A stretch of DNA of 248,000 nt, from positions 20,001-268,000 of the forward strand of contig NZ_JMCB01000013.1 in NCBI RefSeq assembly GCF_000737315.1, read 5' to 3'. This document shows, one piece after another, positions 48,901-60,024 of the stretch (position 1 is its first letter; each line of letters starts with the position of its first letter). The notes below the pieces were generated by a model that saw only the letters and a program-made list of their open reading frames with translations, did not search any database and was not told the DNA's origin. Origin of the DNA: Hyalangium minutum. Its GTDB lineage: Bacteria; Myxococcota; Myxococcia; Myxococcales; Myxococcaceae. The translations under genes and the position numbers were made by a program.

Positions 48901-49878
48901 CGCCAGCAGGATGCTCACGAGCTGTTGCTCCGCCGCCATGGGGCTGTCGACGCGCGCCACCTGCGTGGGCGCCACCCCCTCCAGCTCCGGGAGCTCGTCC
49001 ACGGTCGGCAGGAGTGGCATCAGGGAGGGGGCGTCCGGGATCCGTTGGTGCGGGTCCTTGGCCAGCATGCGGTCCACCAGCGTCTGGAAGACCTCGGGCA
49101 GCTCGGTGCGCACCGAGCGCAGGGGCGTCGGCGGGGTGAAGAGGATCTTCGCCAGCACGGCGGCGAAGTGAGGCGCGGAGAAGGGAGGCTGGCCGGTGAG
49201 GCACTCGTACAGCACACACCCCAGCGAGAAGATGTCCGCGCTCGGAGTGGTCTCTCCTTGTCCCGAGGCCTGCTCGGGCGCCATGTACCCCGGAGTTCCG
49301 AGCACCACGTGGCTGCCCGTGAGGGCCTGGGACGGCACGGTGCGGCGTGCCAGCCCGAAGTCCAGCAGCACCACCTCCTCGGGCCGGCCATGCCGCAGGA
49401 AGAGGTTGGAGGGCTTCAGGTCTCGGTGGACGATGCCGTGCCGGTGCGCGGTAGCCAGCGCGTCGGCGGCGTGGCGCATCAGGGTCAGCGTCTCGGACAG
49501 GCTCAAGGGCTGGCGCCCGAGCCGGTTGGCCAGGTCCTCTCCCTCCAGCCACTCCATGGCGAGGAAGGGGTGTCCCTGCTCCAGGAAGCCATGGGCCACA
49601 TGGGAGACGATGGACGGGTGACGCAGCTCGGCAAGAAGCTCGGCCTCGCGGCTGAAGCGCTGAAGCCCATCGGCGCTCTGCATGGGATGCAGGAGCTTGA
49701 GGGCGACGGTCTGCCCGGTCTGCGTGTCCTTGGCGCGGTACACCGAGCCCATGCCCCCGCGGCCCGCCAGGGACTCGAGAAGGAACCGCCCGGCGAGGAG
49801 CCGGCCGGGAGCGAGCGTGTCCGCTCCAAGCCTTGGAGGGGAGGGGGAGGTAGGAGCTTGAATGAGATCGATGTTCAT
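45931..49878 (-). CDS. Ser/Thr protein kinase with AAA-type ATPase and TPR-like region
   Basis: GRGGMG, HRDLKPSN, DFG, APE; PPGTGKSRL Walker A. Confidence 0.9.
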   Translation of the reverse strand: MNIDLIQAPTSPSPPRLGADTLAPGRLLAGRFLLESLAGRGGMGSVYRAKDTQTGQTVALKLLHPMQSADGLQRFSREAELLAELRHPSIVSHVAHGFLEQGHPFLAMEWLEGEDLANRLGRQPLSLSETLTLMRHAADALATAHRHGIVHRDLKPSNLFLRHGRPEEVVLLDFGLARRTVPSQALTGSHVVLGTPGYMAPEQASGQGETTPSADIFSLGCVLYECLTGQPPFSAPHFAAVLAKILFTPPTPLRSVRTELPEVFQTLVDRMLAKDPHQRIPDAPSLMPLLPTVDELPELEGVAPTQVARVDSPMAAEQQLVSILLAAPPVVAEPGPEAMVQRRSLRDSLRAVLTPHRAQVELMADGSLVLTLLAGRHGATDQASLAARCALSLKERWPEVTAVLVTGRGVISAHLPVGEAMDRAGQLLHRFGHPTASPHVVLDEVTAGLLGPGFQLERASTDTFLLQSEHLTADASRPLLGKPTPCVGREQELALLELALSTCIEDSTAQALLVVAPPGTGKSRLRHEFLRRVSRREQPVLLLQGRGDPMNVSGCMCMVGQLLQQLCGMEPGEPAETRRQKLRERVAKYLPEREVPEVAALLGEICSAPFPEETYSQLRELRRDPAQMNAAVGGAIITWLRAESQHSPVLLVLEDLHWGDALTVQWVDRLLRELADCPLLVLALARPEIKELFPGLWSQRLQEVALRSLSRKAGAQLIRDVLGSGVEEAVVDRLLEQSAGNALFLEELIRMVAEGRGDTPPGTVLAMLQSRILRLEPEARQALLAASFLGRTFWTGAVRALRNAQETPGTLEHWLERLVAMEIIESQPDRTFAGEKAYRFRHALMRDAAYALVPEAHKATGHRLAGEWLEQGGETDPRVLADHAYLGQQPERAVRFYIQAADQRLERGDARSALQCVEAALKLEMPSETRSRLRALQATATFWLNDPSLLTGTGREILPELKAGSRPWCDLISSLILNSVNRGQPAEVMPLVELLLRTSPEADGVYAYAQALCFISTAFVRLGMRQEAEVHLQRILGLEGSDALLESYRDYTQAFFSFHLEPKPWQAWEGLLRAEKTLQQEGRVHSLAKVKTVSGLVAAMMGDSASARTRVQESVARLQRFEQPLTLLYSQGYFSVVMSALPEPEARAQARTMAEAALTVTSYSPLYPGMAHVALARIALAEGKPAEAEQHARQACELLPPLPSLVRPVLSEALRLQGRAAEARQEAERAVRHLERAGARGVDFIGVHLALAEACFAQGDSTAGDAALRKALEHLRACAEGFPDAAARERFLRKVPDNARTLELARERFGEATAA

Positions 49879-50011
49879 GGGGCTCTTCGGGGTTCCCAGT
49901 ATAATCCGCTCGTTCGGTGCCCGCCCGGGCATGGGGCCAGGCGGGCCCCCGGTGCTTCGAGGGGTGTTTGTGCCTGCCCGGGCCTGAGTCTTCGTGCTAG
50001 GGCTTCGCCCC

Positions 50012-51697
50012 ATGAAGCGCCTGCTCGCACTGCTCTTCCTCCTGCCTGCGCTGCCCGTCCTGGCGCAGGGCGTGCCGCTCTCCACGCCTGCGGAGAAGGT
50101 GGTGGCGCAGACCATCGATGCGAACCCGCTGCGTGCCCATGTGCGCTTCCTCGCGCATGATCTCCTGGAGGGGCGCGGCCCGGGCACCCGGGGAGATGCG
50201 CTGGCCCAGGCCTACATCGCCTCCCAGTTCGAGCTGCTGGGCCTGAAGCCCGTGGGTGGGGGAGACGGCTACCTCCAGCCCTTCGAGCTCGTGGGCCTCT
50301 CTGGCCACCCGGACACGCTGAGCTTCGCGGCCGCGTCCGGGCGCACGGACCTGAAGTTCCACGAGGAGTTCATCGCCGTCTCTGGCGTGCAGGAGCCGGA
50401 GGCCCGGCTGGAGGGCTCCGAGCTGATCTTCGTGGGCTTCGGCATCGTCGCTCCCGAGTATGGTTGGGACGACTTCAAGGGGATGGACCTCCGGGGCAAG
50501 ACGCTGCTGATCCTCAACAGCGATCCGGCGGAGGACCCGGCGCTCTTCGCGGGCCGGACGCGGCTCTGGTACGGGCGCTGGGATTACAAGTACGAGCAGG
50601 CCGCCAAGGTGGGAGCGGCGGGCGCCATCATCCTCCACACCACGCCGAGCGCCGGCTACCCGTGGCAGGTGGTGCAGACCTCGTGGACGGGCGAGCAGTT
50701 CGAGCTGCCCGCCACCCAGGGCCCGCGCCTGCAGGTGAAGGCGTGGACGACCGAGGAGGCCACGCGGCGCATCGTCCGGATGGCGGGGAGGGACCTGGAC
50801 GCGCTGGTCGCCTCGGCGCAGAAGCGCGACTTCCAGCCCGTGCCGCTCGGGGTGAAGGTCTCCACCCAGTTCGCCAATCAGGTGAGGCGCCGGCCCACGG
50901 CGAACGTGCTGGGCCTGCTGCCCGGCAGCGACCCGAAGCTCTCGGGCGAGGTGGTGCTCTACACCGCGCACCACGATCATCTCGGCACCAAGGAGGGTGC
51001 GCGCCCGGGCGAGGACGCCATCTACAACGGCGCGGTGGACAACGCGGCGGGGGTGGCGGCCCTGCTCACAGTGGCGAGGACCTACCGCGCGCTGCCCACG
51101 CCTCCGAGGCGCTCCATCCTCTTCGCCGCCGTGGCGGGAGAAGAGCAGGGGCTGCTGGGCTCGCAGCACCTCGCTACGCACCTGCCGGTGCCCTCGGGCC
51201 GCATCGCCGCCAACATCAACATCGATGGCGCGAACATCCTCGGGCGCACGCGGGATGTGGCGATCATCGGTCTGGGCAAGTCGAACCTCGATGGCATCAT
51301 CACGGGCCTGGCAAATGCGCAGGGCCGCACGGTGAAGGCGGACCAGCTGTCGGATCGGGGCTTCTTCTACCGCTCGGACCAGTTCGCCTTCGCGAAGCTG
51401 GGCATCCCGGCCGCGTACTTCAGCAGCGGCATGGACTTCATCGGCAGGCCCGAGGGCTGGGGCAAGCAGCAGCGAGAGCTGTGGGAGGCGCGGCACTACC
51501 ACCAGCCCTCCGATGAGCTGCGTCCGGAGTGGGACCTGAGCGGGGCCGTGGAGGACGTGCGCCTCTACTTCCTGCTGGGCGCCCATGTGGCGCGGGCGCC
51601 CGAGATGCCCCGCTGGAACAAGGGGGACGAGTTCGAGGCCCCTCGGCTGGAGTCCCTGAAGGCGGTGGGAGCCCCGGAAGCAAAGGGAGCGAAGTAG
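50012..51697 (+). CDS. M28 family peptidase
   Basis: [33 protein letters not shown]. Confidence 0.9.
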   Translation: MKRLLALLFLLPALPVLAQGVPLSTPAEKVVAQTIDANPLRAHVRFLAHDLLEGRGPGTRGDALAQAYIASQFELLGLKPVGGGDGYLQPFELVGLSGHPDTLSFAAASGRTDLKFHEEFIAVSGVQEPEARLEGSELIFVGFGIVAPEYGWDDFKGMDLRGKTLLILNSDPAEDPALFAGRTRLWYGRWDYKYEQAAKVGAAGAIILHTTPSAGYPWQVVQTSWTGEQFELPATQGPRLQVKAWTTEEATRRIVRMAGRDLDALVASAQKRDFQPVPLGVKVSTQFANQVRRRPTANVLGLLPGSDPKLSGEVVLYTAHHDHLGTKEGARPGEDAIYNGAVDNAAGVAALLTVARTYRALPTPPRRSILFAAVAGEEQGLLGSQHLATHLPVPSGRIAANINIDGANILGRTRDVAIIGLGKSNLDGIITGLANAQGRTVKADQLSDRGFFYRSDQFAFAKLGIPAAYFSSGMDFIGRPEGWGKQQRELWEARHYHQPSDELRPEWDLSGAVEDVRLYFLLGAHVARAPEMPRWNKGDEFEAPRLESLKAVGAPEAKGAK

Positions 51698-51774
51698 CCC
51701 GCGTTCGTCCACTGCCCTGCAGCCATGCAGGAAGTGCCAGCCTGCCTTGTCGCTGGATGTTAAATGACGGGGCT

Positions 51775-53871
51775 ATGCCGGACTTTCAGATCGTCAGTGA
51801 ACATCAGCCGCAGGGCGACCAGCCGAGGGCCATCGCCGAGCTGACCGAGGGCTTGCTGCGCGGGGACCAGTACCAGACGCTGCTGGGCGTCACGGGCTCG
51901 GGCAAGACATTCACCATGGCGAACGTGATCGCCAACGTGAAGCGGCCCACGCTCATCATCGCGCACAACAAGACCCTGGCCGCTCAGCTGTACGGCGAGT
52001 TCAAGGAAGTCTTCCCGAAGAACGCCGTCGAATACTTCGTCTCCTACTACGACTACTACCAGCCCGAGGCGTACGTCCCCTCGTCGGACACCTTCATCGA
52101 GAAGGACTCGTCCATCAACGACGAGATCGAGCGCATGCGGCACTCGGCCACGCACAGCCTGCGCATCCGCGATGACGTGATCATCGTGGCCAGCGTGTCC
52201 TGCATCTACGGCCTGGGCACGGCGCGCTCCTACGTGGACCTGGCCATCACCGTGAACCTGGGCGAGGACCTGGGCCGGGACGCGCTCATGCGCCGGCTGG
52301 TCGAGGCCCAGTACGAGCGCAACGACTTCGACTTCCATCGCGGTACCTTCCGCGCTCGCGGCGACACCGTGGAGATCTTCCCGGCCTACGAGGAGGAGCG
52401 CGCCGTCCGCGTGAGCTTCTTCGGCGACGAGGTGGAGAAGATCACCGAGTTCGATCCGCTGCGTGGCGTCACCCTGGGGGCACTGGAGAAGATTGTCGTC
52501 TTCCCCGCCAGCCACTACGTGACCGAGGCGGACACCCGCAAGCGAGCCTTGCAGACGATCCGTGACGAGCTGGCCGAGCGCCTCAGCCTCTTCCGCAAGG
52601 AGGGCAAGCTCCTGGAGGCACAGCGGCTCGAGCAGCGCACCATGTTCGATCTGGAGATGATCGAGCAGGTGGGGTTCTGCAATGGCATCGAGAACTACTC
52701 GCGCCACTTCTCGGGCCGGGCGCCCGGCGAGCCTCCTCCGTGCCTGATCGACTACTTCCCACGGAACATGCTCATCCTCATCGATGAGAGTCACCAGACC
52801 GTTCCTCAGATCGGCGCGATGTACCGCGGCGACCGCTCGCGCAAGGAGACGCTGGTGAATTTCGGCTTCCGGCTCCCCAGCGCCATGGACAACCGCCCGC
52901 TGAAGTTCGGCGAGTTCGAGGGCATGGTGCAGCAGGCCGTCTTCGTCTCGGCCACTCCCTCCGAGTACGAGCTGCAGAAGAGCCGAGGCGTGGTGGTGGA
53001 GCAGATCATCCGCCCCACGGGCCTGATGGATCCTCCCGTGGAGGTCCGCCCCGCATCCAACCAGGTGGACGATCTGCTGGAGCATGTCCGTGTGCGCGTG
53101 GCCCGTCAGGAGCGCGTGCTGGTGACGACGCTCACCAAGCGCATGGCGGAGGATCTCACCGAGTACTTCAGCGATGTGGGTGTGAAGGTGCGCTACCTGC
53201 ACTCGGACATCGACGCCATCGAGCGCACGGCCATTATCCGCGACCTGCGCAAGGGTGTCTTCGACGTGCTGGTGGGCATCAACCTGCTGCGCGAGGGCCT
53301 CGACATCCCCGAGGTCTCCCTGGTGGCCATTTTGGACGCGGACAAGGAGGGCTTCCTGCGCAGCCACGTCTCGCTCATCCAGACCATTGGCCGCGCGGCC
53401 CGTAACCTCAACGGCCAGGTCATCATGTACTCGGATCAGATGACCGACTCGATGAAGCTGGCCATCGAGGAGACCAACCGCCGCCGCGAGGTGCAGCGCA
53501 AGTACAACGAGGAGCACAACATCACCCCGCGCTCGGTCAAAAGCGCCATCCTCGATCTGTCCCAGCAGCTCTACGGCGCGGACCCCATGGCGCTGCCTCT
53601 GGCTGCCGACGGGGCGAACGATCTGCTCATCCCGAAGGAGATCAAGCGCCTCATCGAGGAGTACACCAAGGACATGCAGCGCGCGGCGGACGAGATGGAG
53701 TTCGAGAAGGCCGCCCAGTTCCGCGACCGCATCCTGCTGCTCAAGGACATGGACCTGGGCCTCAAGCCCCCCAGCCGCACGCTGCTCGCCGAGCCCCCCA
53801 AGCCCGCCGAGCCCCAGGGCCCTATGAAGGGCCGCCGAGGCGCCGCTGGCAAGAGGGGCAGGAGGCGCTAG
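51775..53871 (+). CDS. uvrB: Excinuclease ABC subunit B
   Basis: [30 protein letters not shown]. Confidence 0.98.
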   Translation: MPDFQIVSEHQPQGDQPRAIAELTEGLLRGDQYQTLLGVTGSGKTFTMANVIANVKRPTLIIAHNKTLAAQLYGEFKEVFPKNAVEYFVSYYDYYQPEAYVPSSDTFIEKDSSINDEIERMRHSATHSLRIRDDVIIVASVSCIYGLGTARSYVDLAITVNLGEDLGRDALMRRLVEAQYERNDFDFHRGTFRARGDTVEIFPAYEEERAVRVSFFGDEVEKITEFDPLRGVTLGALEKIVVFPASHYVTEADTRKRALQTIRDELAERLSLFRKEGKLLEAQRLEQRTMFDLEMIEQVGFCNGIENYSRHFSGRAPGEPPPCLIDYFPRNMLILIDESHQTVPQIGAMYRGDRSRKETLVNFGFRLPSAMDNRPLKFGEFEGMVQQAVFVSATPSEYELQKSRGVVVEQIIRPTGLMDPPVEVRPASNQVDDLLEHVRVRVARQERVLVTTLTKRMAEDLTEYFSDVGVKVRYLHSDIDAIERTAIIRDLRKGVFDVLVGINLLREGLDIPEVSLVAILDADKEGFLRSHVSLIQTIGRAARNLNGQVIMYSDQMTDSMKLAIEETNRRREVQRKYNEEHNITPRSVKSAILDLSQQLYGADPMALPLAADGANDLLIPKEIKRLIEEYTKDMQRAADEMEFEKAAQFRDRILLLKDMDLGLKPPSRTLLAEPPKPAEPQGPMKGRRGAAGKRGRRR

Positions 53872-53877
53872 CTCATC

Positions 53878-55818
53878 ATGAATGCCCGGCTCCAGGAGAA
53901 GCTCGACGCGCTGCCCACCGAGCCCGGCGTGTACCTGATGAAGGACCGCCGCGGCACCGTCATCTACGTCGGCAAGGCCATCAATCTGCGCAACCGGGTG
54001 CGCTCGTACTTCACCCGTACGGGCGACACGCGCGTCTTCGTGTCGATGCTCGACTCGATCCTCGGGGACATCGAGACGGTGCTCGTCCACAACGAGAAGG
54101 AGGCCCTCCTCCTCGAGAACGAGCTCATCAAGAAGCACAAGCCGCGCTTCAACGTCCTGCTCAAGGACGACAAGCAGTTCATCTCGCTGCGGCTCGACAA
54201 GACCCAGGACTTCCCCCGCCTGGAGGTCGTCCGGAAATACGATAGAGACGGCGCGCGGTACTTTGGACCCTATTCCAGCGCGGGAGCCATCCGCGAGACG
54301 CTGCGCCTCATCAACCGCTACTTCCGGCTGCGCACGTGCACGGATCACGTGATGGCCAACCGGAAGCGGCCCTGCCTGCTGTACCAGATCGGCCGCTGCC
54401 CGGCGCCCTGTGTCTACCCGGTGTCTCCCGAGGACTACGGGCGCAGCGTGAACGAGGTGGTGCTCTTCCTGGAGGGCAAGGCCACCGAGCTGGTGGAGGG
54501 CATCAAGGGACGCATGAAGGGGGCCGCCTCGGAGCTGAAGTTCGAGGAGGCCGCGCGCCTGCGCGATCAGCTCCGGGCCATCGAGCGCAGCCTGGAGCGC
54601 CAGAAGGCTGTCACCACCGACTTCAAGGATCAGGACGTGTTCGCCTTCTTCCGCGAGGGCGATCGCATCCTCTTCTACGTCCTGTGGGTGCGGCAGGGCC
54701 GGCTCAACGGTGGCCAGGCCTTCCCATTCGGCAGCCAGGAGTTCCCGGACGAGGAGCTGCTGCCCTCGTTCGTGAACCTCTACTACGACCAAGGCAGCTT
54801 CGTGCCGGAGGAGGTGCTGCTGCCGCTGGATCCGGAGAGCCTCGAGGGCTTGGAGTCCCTCCTCACCGAGCGCCGGGGCGAGAGGGTCCGCGTCATGGTG
54901 CCCAAGCGCGGCGAGAAGCACGACCTGGTGCTCATGGCCGCCAAGAACGCCGAGCAGGCCTTCACCGAGCGCAAGCGCACCAAGGAGGAGACCGACGCCG
55001 TCCTGTCGCGGCTCCAGCAGAAGCTCAACCTGCGCAACTTCCCGCGCCGGATGGAGTGCTTCGACATCTCTCACTTCCAGGGCTCCAGCATCGTCGCCTC
55101 GCAGGTGGCCGTCACCGATGGCGAGACGGACAAGTCCCGCTACCGCAAGTACAAGATCAAGACCCTGGAGAAGCAGGACGACTTCGCCAGCATGTACGAG
55201 GTGCTCTCCCGCCGCCTCAAGCGCGGCCTGGAGGAGAACGATCTGCCGGACCTGCTCGTCATTGACGGTGGCAAGGGCCAGTTGGCCAGTGTCCACGCGG
55301 CCATGAAGGACCTGGGAGTCGAGAAGGTGGACGTGGTAGGTCTTGCCAAGAGTCGCGACCAAGAAGTCTTTGATCGCGACGCTGAAAGCGCTCGCAGCCC
55401 GGAGCGCGTGTTCGTGCTGGGGCGGAAAGATCCGGTCGTCCTGCCCCAGAACTCGGCGGAAATCTTCATGCTGACCCGGATGCGGGACGAGGCCCACCGC
55501 TTCGCCATCACCTACCAGCAGAAGGACCTGAGGAAGAGCCGCGTCCGCTCGGCGCTGGAGGACATTCCGGGGGTGGGCGAGGTGCGCCGGAAGACACTGC
55601 TGCGCCACTTCGGATCACTGAAGCGTGTTCAGGAGGCCACCATCGAGGATCTGGCCGAAGTGGTTGGCCCCTCAGTGGCCGAGCGGGTCCATGCGGCCCT
55701 CCACGGCCACCCGGAGGAGGAGGACGTAGACCCCATCCGTGAGGCGTCTCTGGCCGACGCCGGAGCCACGCAAGACGAAAAATCCTCCGAAGGAGGGTCG
55801 CCAGCCGGTGGGGCGTGA
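53878..55818 (+). CDS. uvrC: Excinuclease ABC subunit C
   Basis: GIY-YIG (PGVYLM..IYVGKA), [21 protein letters not shown], HhH. Confidence 0.97.
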   Translation: MNARLQEKLDALPTEPGVYLMKDRRGTVIYVGKAINLRNRVRSYFTRTGDTRVFVSMLDSILGDIETVLVHNEKEALLLENELIKKHKPRFNVLLKDDKQFISLRLDKTQDFPRLEVVRKYDRDGARYFGPYSSAGAIRETLRLINRYFRLRTCTDHVMANRKRPCLLYQIGRCPAPCVYPVSPEDYGRSVNEVVLFLEGKATELVEGIKGRMKGAASELKFEEAARLRDQLRAIERSLERQKAVTTDFKDQDVFAFFREGDRILFYVLWVRQGRLNGGQAFPFGSQEFPDEELLPSFVNLYYDQGSFVPEEVLLPLDPESLEGLESLLTERRGERVRVMVPKRGEKHDLVLMAAKNAEQAFTERKRTKEETDAVLSRLQQKLNLRNFPRRMECFDISHFQGSSIVASQVAVTDGETDKSRYRKYKIKTLEKQDDFASMYEVLSRRLKRGLEENDLPDLLVIDGGKGQLASVHAAMKDLGVEKVDVVGLAKSRDQEVFDRDAESARSPERVFVLGRKDPVVLPQNSAEIFMLTRMRDEAHRFAITYQQKDLRKSRVRSALEDIPGVGEVRRKTLLRHFGSLKRVQEATIEDLAEVVGPSVAERVHAALHGHPEEEDVDPIREASLADAGATQDEKSSEGGSPAGGA

Positions 55819-55958
55819 TTAATTTTCTCCTCGGGAATTTCGAGGGAAAAAGTACTCCGGAACCGTGTGGTTCCAAGGGTTTTTCATTGCGGCTGGGCGC
55901 GGCGCTGTTTTATAGCGATCGCGTTCTAGGCACGCAGAAGAGGGTGAGGGAGCGACAC

Positions 55959-56477
55959 ATGAGGCTCTATCCGAAGGTGATCCCGATCATCTCGCGCGAG
56001 TGCATCCAGTTGCTGATGCAGGACGGGGATGTCGAGGTGGAGCCGATGCGGGTGGCGGACGCGGAGATGGACCTGTCGGCCATCATGCGCGAGTACTTGG
56101 CCAACGAGGAGCGCGTGAACCAGGCCACCCGCGAGGCCCTGGAGCGGCGCGGCTACGACTACTCCAAGTTCAATCAGGTCAAGCGTGAGATGGCCGACGT
56201 TCGCGGCTTCAAGATGGGCGACGAAGGCATCGAGTACGTCATCAACCAGATGATCGAGTTCCTGCTGATCAGCCGGAACGTCGAGGAAGTGTTCGCCGCC
56301 GATAACAACCTGCGTCAGAAGATCTTCCAGGTGATGAAGAAGCACCTGGACGTGGACGACGAGATCGACAAGGAGGCGCGCTCCCGCCTGAAGCACCTGC
56401 AGGAGGGCACCAGCGCCTTCGACATCGAGTACAACAAGACGGTGGAGCAGATCCGCCGGGCGCGCGGGCTGATCTAG
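55959..56477 (+). CDS. DUF507 family protein
   Basis: MRL..I; C-terminal EIDKEAR..L..EY. Confidence 0.7.
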   Translation: MRLYPKVIPIISRECIQLLMQDGDVEVEPMRVADAEMDLSAIMREYLANEERVNQATREALERRGYDYSKFNQVKREMADVRGFKMGDEGIEYVINQMIEFLLISRNVEEVFAADNNLRQKIFQVMKKHLDVDDEIDKEARSRLKHLQEGTSAFDIEYNKTVEQIRRARGLI

Positions 56478-56531
56478 CGGGGCGTGCCAACCCCCGTACC
56501 GCTGCCTACCTTGTGTGGAAGGGAGGCAGCG

Positions 56532-58145
56532 ATGGTGGGAACTCTCTTTCAAGTGACGATGGTTGGACTCCTGGCGGCGGCGCCGTCAGGAGGCTTCACG
56601 TTCGAGGGCATCCAAGCGAGCGCTCGGACGACGTCCCCCGTAGGCTATTTCGCCCAGGGGACCACGCCTTACCCCAACATCTACGAGCGAGGCACCGGCT
56701 CGGCGACGCTGACGGCGGAGGACCGCGTCCCCGCCTGGGGCGCCACGTACGGCGACAAGGGCCGCGTGGAGGCCGAGTTCCGGCTCGGGCAGGCGCAGTA
56801 CCGTGTGGAGCTCACCCAGCCCGGCTTTCCGCCCCAGCAGGCTTCAGGCGGCTCGCCTGCTCCGCGGCCGAGCTTCCCGGTGGCGGGTGGGGTGCTCCTG
56901 GATCATGACCTGAATGGCGCGAGCGGGCTCGGGTGGATGGCCACGACGCAGGTGCACGCTGCCGTGGTGGTGTGGGGCGTGGGCAGCGTTTGGCGCAACG
57001 GGCAGCTGATCACGGACACCGCGCTGATTCAGGCCGCGGCGCTCTCGCATGGCTCGCACGCGGATGACGAGACGCACCGCATCCTCGCGGCGGCGCGGGC
57101 GGGGGACACCGAGCTGGATGTGCTCGTGTGGAACCTGCCGCAGAGCGCCGAGCCGCGCGGCTTCCTTCAGTTCTCCTTCGATGATGTGGAGATCGAGCTG
57201 AATGATCGGCCCGTGAACTCCGTGGCCGTGGTGCCGAACGTCCAGGGCGTAGAGTCGGGCGGGGTGGTGCCGGTGACTGGCGGGTTCGGAGGGAATGGGA
57301 TCTTCGTGGCTCCTACGCCGGCTCCGGCACCGGGGCAGGGCGTAGGTGGCTCGGGCTTTGACGTCACGGCACCGCCCCAGACGGGAACGCCGGGTGGCCC
57401 GGTGACGCCGGTGAGCCCTGGGACGCTGGGCGGGCCCGCTTCCGCGAACCTTGGCGCGACGCCAGGGGTGAGCGTGGGCACGGAGGCCACGCAGCAGGGC
57501 ACTGCGGCAACGGGCTCTCCGGGAGTCCCTTCTCAGCCCGTCACCGGTCCTGTGACGAGTGTGACCACCGTGGGACCCGGCGCCGTGACGCCGGACACCA
57601 TCAGCGGCACCTTCCCGACGCTGGGTGCGCCGACGCCCCCCGCGAACATCTCGGGCTCCATGCCGGGCACGCCCGCGCCGGGCTCGTTGCTCGCCACGGA
57701 GCAGACGGTGGTGCCAGGCACGCCCGCGCCGGGAGCTCCTGCGGAGGCGGGGGTGGCCATCAACTCGACGACGCCCACGCTGTCCAACTCGGGGAACTTC
57801 ACCGTGCCCATCTCTCCGCCGAACTTCAACAGCTTCGCGGGGACGGGGCAGGTGAGCCCGGGCATCATCGCCACGGCGCCGCCGATCGGGACGGATCCAA
57901 CGATCCCCACGCCGCCGTTGCTCGGCTCGCCCGCGCCACTCACCGCTGCGTCGGGGACGCCGCTGCTCGGTACGCCCGCGCCGCTGACGGCCGCGCCTCC
58001 GCCCGCGCTGATCACGACGCCCGCGCCCGTGAATGCGACGCCGGGGAGTACCACCGCGGCACCTGTTGCGCCGATTCCTGGGATTCCCGCGACGAGCGCT
58101 CCGGTCACGTCTCCGGGGAGCACGGGAGTTCCGCCCTCCATCTGA
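56532..58145 (+). CDS. Secreted hypothetical protein with long Pro/Thr/Gly-rich C-terminus
   Basis: Signal-like N-terminus, GGAGG RBS, low-complexity tail. Confidence 0.65.
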   Translation: MVGTLFQVTMVGLLAAAPSGGFTFEGIQASARTTSPVGYFAQGTTPYPNIYERGTGSATLTAEDRVPAWGATYGDKGRVEAEFRLGQAQYRVELTQPGFPPQQASGGSPAPRPSFPVAGGVLLDHDLNGASGLGWMATTQVHAAVVVWGVGSVWRNGQLITDTALIQAAALSHGSHADDETHRILAAARAGDTELDVLVWNLPQSAEPRGFLQFSFDDVEIELNDRPVNSVAVVPNVQGVESGGVVPVTGGFGGNGIFVAPTPAPAPGQGVGGSGFDVTAPPQTGTPGGPVTPVSPGTLGGPASANLGATPGVSVGTEATQQGTAATGSPGVPSQPVTGPVTSVTTVGPGAVTPDTISGTFPTLGAPTPPANISGSMPGTPAPGSLLATEQTVVPGTPAPGAPAEAGVAINSTTPTLSNSGNFTVPISPPNFNSFAGTGQVSPGIIATAPPIGTDPTIPTPPLLGSPAPLTAASGTPLLGTPAPLTAAPPPALITTPAPVNATPGSTTAAPVAPIPGIPATSAPVTSPGSTGVPPSI

Positions 58146-58266
58146 GCAGGGCGGAGCGAGCGGAAAAGAGTGGTGGTACGCGCCTTTGCAGAGCGGGCCG
58201 CTCAGGTCTTCGTCCTGAGCGGCTCGAAAAATTGACCGTTCGCTACGTGCCTGTAGCGTTCTGGCC

Positions 58267-58644
58267 ATGTCGACGTCCGTTGCCGCCTTTGCCGTCCCCG
58301 CGACTTCTCGCCACGCCAGCGACGATCCGCTGAGCGAGGCGATGGAGAACCTGGCTCGCGCACTGCCCGAGCGTACGGACGCGGCCGTGCTCGTGGACCT
58401 CCTCGGGGATGATCTCCGGGAGGGGCTCGATGCGCTCGGAGATGTGGAGTGCCACTTCGCCGACGTGCTCGATGCCATGCGCCTTCCGAGACCGGCTCCC
58501 ATGACGCTGGTGGACGTGAGCGATGATCAGCTCGTGCTCGAGCGGCTCGAGGTCATCGTGGGCGTGGTGTCGTCGGTGCGGCGGCGTCTCTCGCAGGCGG
58601 CGGGGATGATGCGCCAGCTGCCGCTCCCGCTGGGCGACAGCTAG
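58267..58644 (+). CDS. Hypothetical protein
   Basis: 125-aa helical ORF with GC3 bias. Confidence 0.55.
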   Translation: MSTSVAAFAVPATSRHASDDPLSEAMENLARALPERTDAAVLVDLLGDDLREGLDALGDVECHFADVLDAMRLPRPAPMTLVDVSDDQLVLERLEVIVGVVSSVRRRLSQAAGMMRQLPLPLGDS

Positions 58645-58685
58645 CACGAGGGCCGCCGCGTTCGCGGCCCCCGTGGCTCCGTGGC

Positions 58686-60005
58686 TCAGAGCGAGCCCAG
58701 GAACTTCACCAGTGCCTCGCGATCCGGGGCCGACATCGCGCGGAAGCGCTCCCGCGAGCGCTCGGCCTCGCCTCCGTGCCAGAGGATGGCCTCCTCCAGC
58801 GTGCGTGCGCGGCCATCGTGCAGGTAGCCCGCGTAGGGCAGCACCGTCTGCGTCAGCCCAACCCCCCAGAGCGGCGCGGTCCGCCACTCGTTGCCGTCCG
58901 CCACGCCATCCGGCCGTCCATCCGCGAGCCCTGGCCCCATATCGTGCAGCAACAGGTCCGTGTACGGGTGGATGCGCTCGTGGGCCAGCTCCGGCAGCGG
59001 GTGGTCCCCCGTCTCGAGCGTCTCGCGGTGGCAGCTCTCGCACCCGGCGGAGCGGAAGAGCTTCTCGCCCTCCTGCACGTCCGCGTTGTCGAGGGCGGTG
59101 CGCGCCGGCACGCCGAGCGACTGCGCGTAGAAGGCCGCGGCCTCCAGCGTCGTCCTCGACAGGTCGTGGGTGCCGTCGGGCTCTGGGAAGAGCGGGTTGG
59201 TGACGCCCATGTCGTTGACATAGGCCTCGGCCGATTGCTGGAGCAGATTGGGGCTGTTCGCCTTCAGCCCGAAGCGTCCCGGGGCCAGCGCCTGCGCTTG
59301 GACATCCCAGACCTCGTTGAGGCGGCCGGAGATGCCGTCACCGTTCTTGTCGTTCGGATCCTCCATGGCGCGCAGGGTGGAGGTGGGCACGGCCTCGAGC
59401 AACCCCAGCCCAAAGACGGGAGGCGGCAGCCGCAGCGAGGTGAGCAGGTCCGGAGGCAGCGAGGAGCCGTCGCTCGGGGTGATCTGGATGCGCGGAGACC
59501 GCAGGCTGAAGGCCGCCCCATCTCCGTAGGTGCCAGAGCTCTCCTCCCAGGACAGCGCGACCGAGGCCTCGGGCGTGTAGCCGTAGACGGCCTGGTCGGC
59601 GATCTGGATGCCCAAGCCCGGCACGGGGACGGCGCCGTTCGGGTGGTTCAGCGTGCCGCTGGGGAGGCTGACGCGGACCAGGAGCTGGGTGCGCTGCGGC
59701 CCGGTGCCCATCACCGGCATGCCGCGCCCATTGCGCAGGTGGCAGCCGTTGCACGAGGTGTTGTTGTAGAGCGGCCCCAGCCCCGGGTTCACGGGCGCCA
59801 TACCCGGGACGAACACCGCCGCGAACGCACTGTCCCCCACCCGGTGCAGCGTGAGCTGCTCGGGCGTGAGGTTGGGGGCAGGCTGGGCAAATGCCAGCGA
59901 GGTCCGATCATCAATGGTGGTGGCGCCTCCCGCGCGAGGCGGCTCGGAGTCTCCGCAGCCCGAGAGCAGCGCCACCACGGCGCCCAGTGTCATGGCCTGT
60001 CGCAT
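58686..60005 (-). CDS. Di-heme oxidoreductase family (DUF1111) lipoprotein
   Basis: CNGCH and CESCH heme motifs, WRTAPLWG, YLHDGRARTLEEAILWHGGE. Confidence 0.9.
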   Translation of the reverse strand: MRQAMTLGAVVALLSGCGDSEPPRAGGATTIDDRTSLAFAQPAPNLTPEQLTLHRVGDSAFAAVFVPGMAPVNPGLGPLYNNTSCNGCHLRNGRGMPVMGTGPQRTQLLVRVSLPSGTLNHPNGAVPVPGLGIQIADQAVYGYTPEASVALSWEESSGTYGDGAAFSLRSPRIQITPSDGSSLPPDLLTSLRLPPPVFGLGLLEAVPTSTLRAMEDPNDKNGDGISGRLNEVWDVQAQALAPGRFGLKANSPNLLQQSAEAYVNDMGVTNPLFPEPDGTHDLSRTTLEAAAFYAQSLGVPARTALDNADVQEGEKLFRSAGCESCHRETLETGDHPLPELAHERIHPYTDLLLHDMGPGLADGRPDGVADGNEWRTAPLWGVGLTQTVLPYAGYLHDGRARTLEEAILWHGGEAERSRERFRAMSAPDREALVKFLGSL

Positions 60006-60024
60006 CGCAATCCCCCCAGAATGC

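Noticed and set aside
51760-55608. 1282-aa minus-strand ORF and many similar long overlapping ORFs (e.g. 14427-17423, 19531-22671, 229519-232425)
   Set aside because: Antisense shadows of real genes caused by stop-codon scarcity in GC-rich DNA; no protein motifs.
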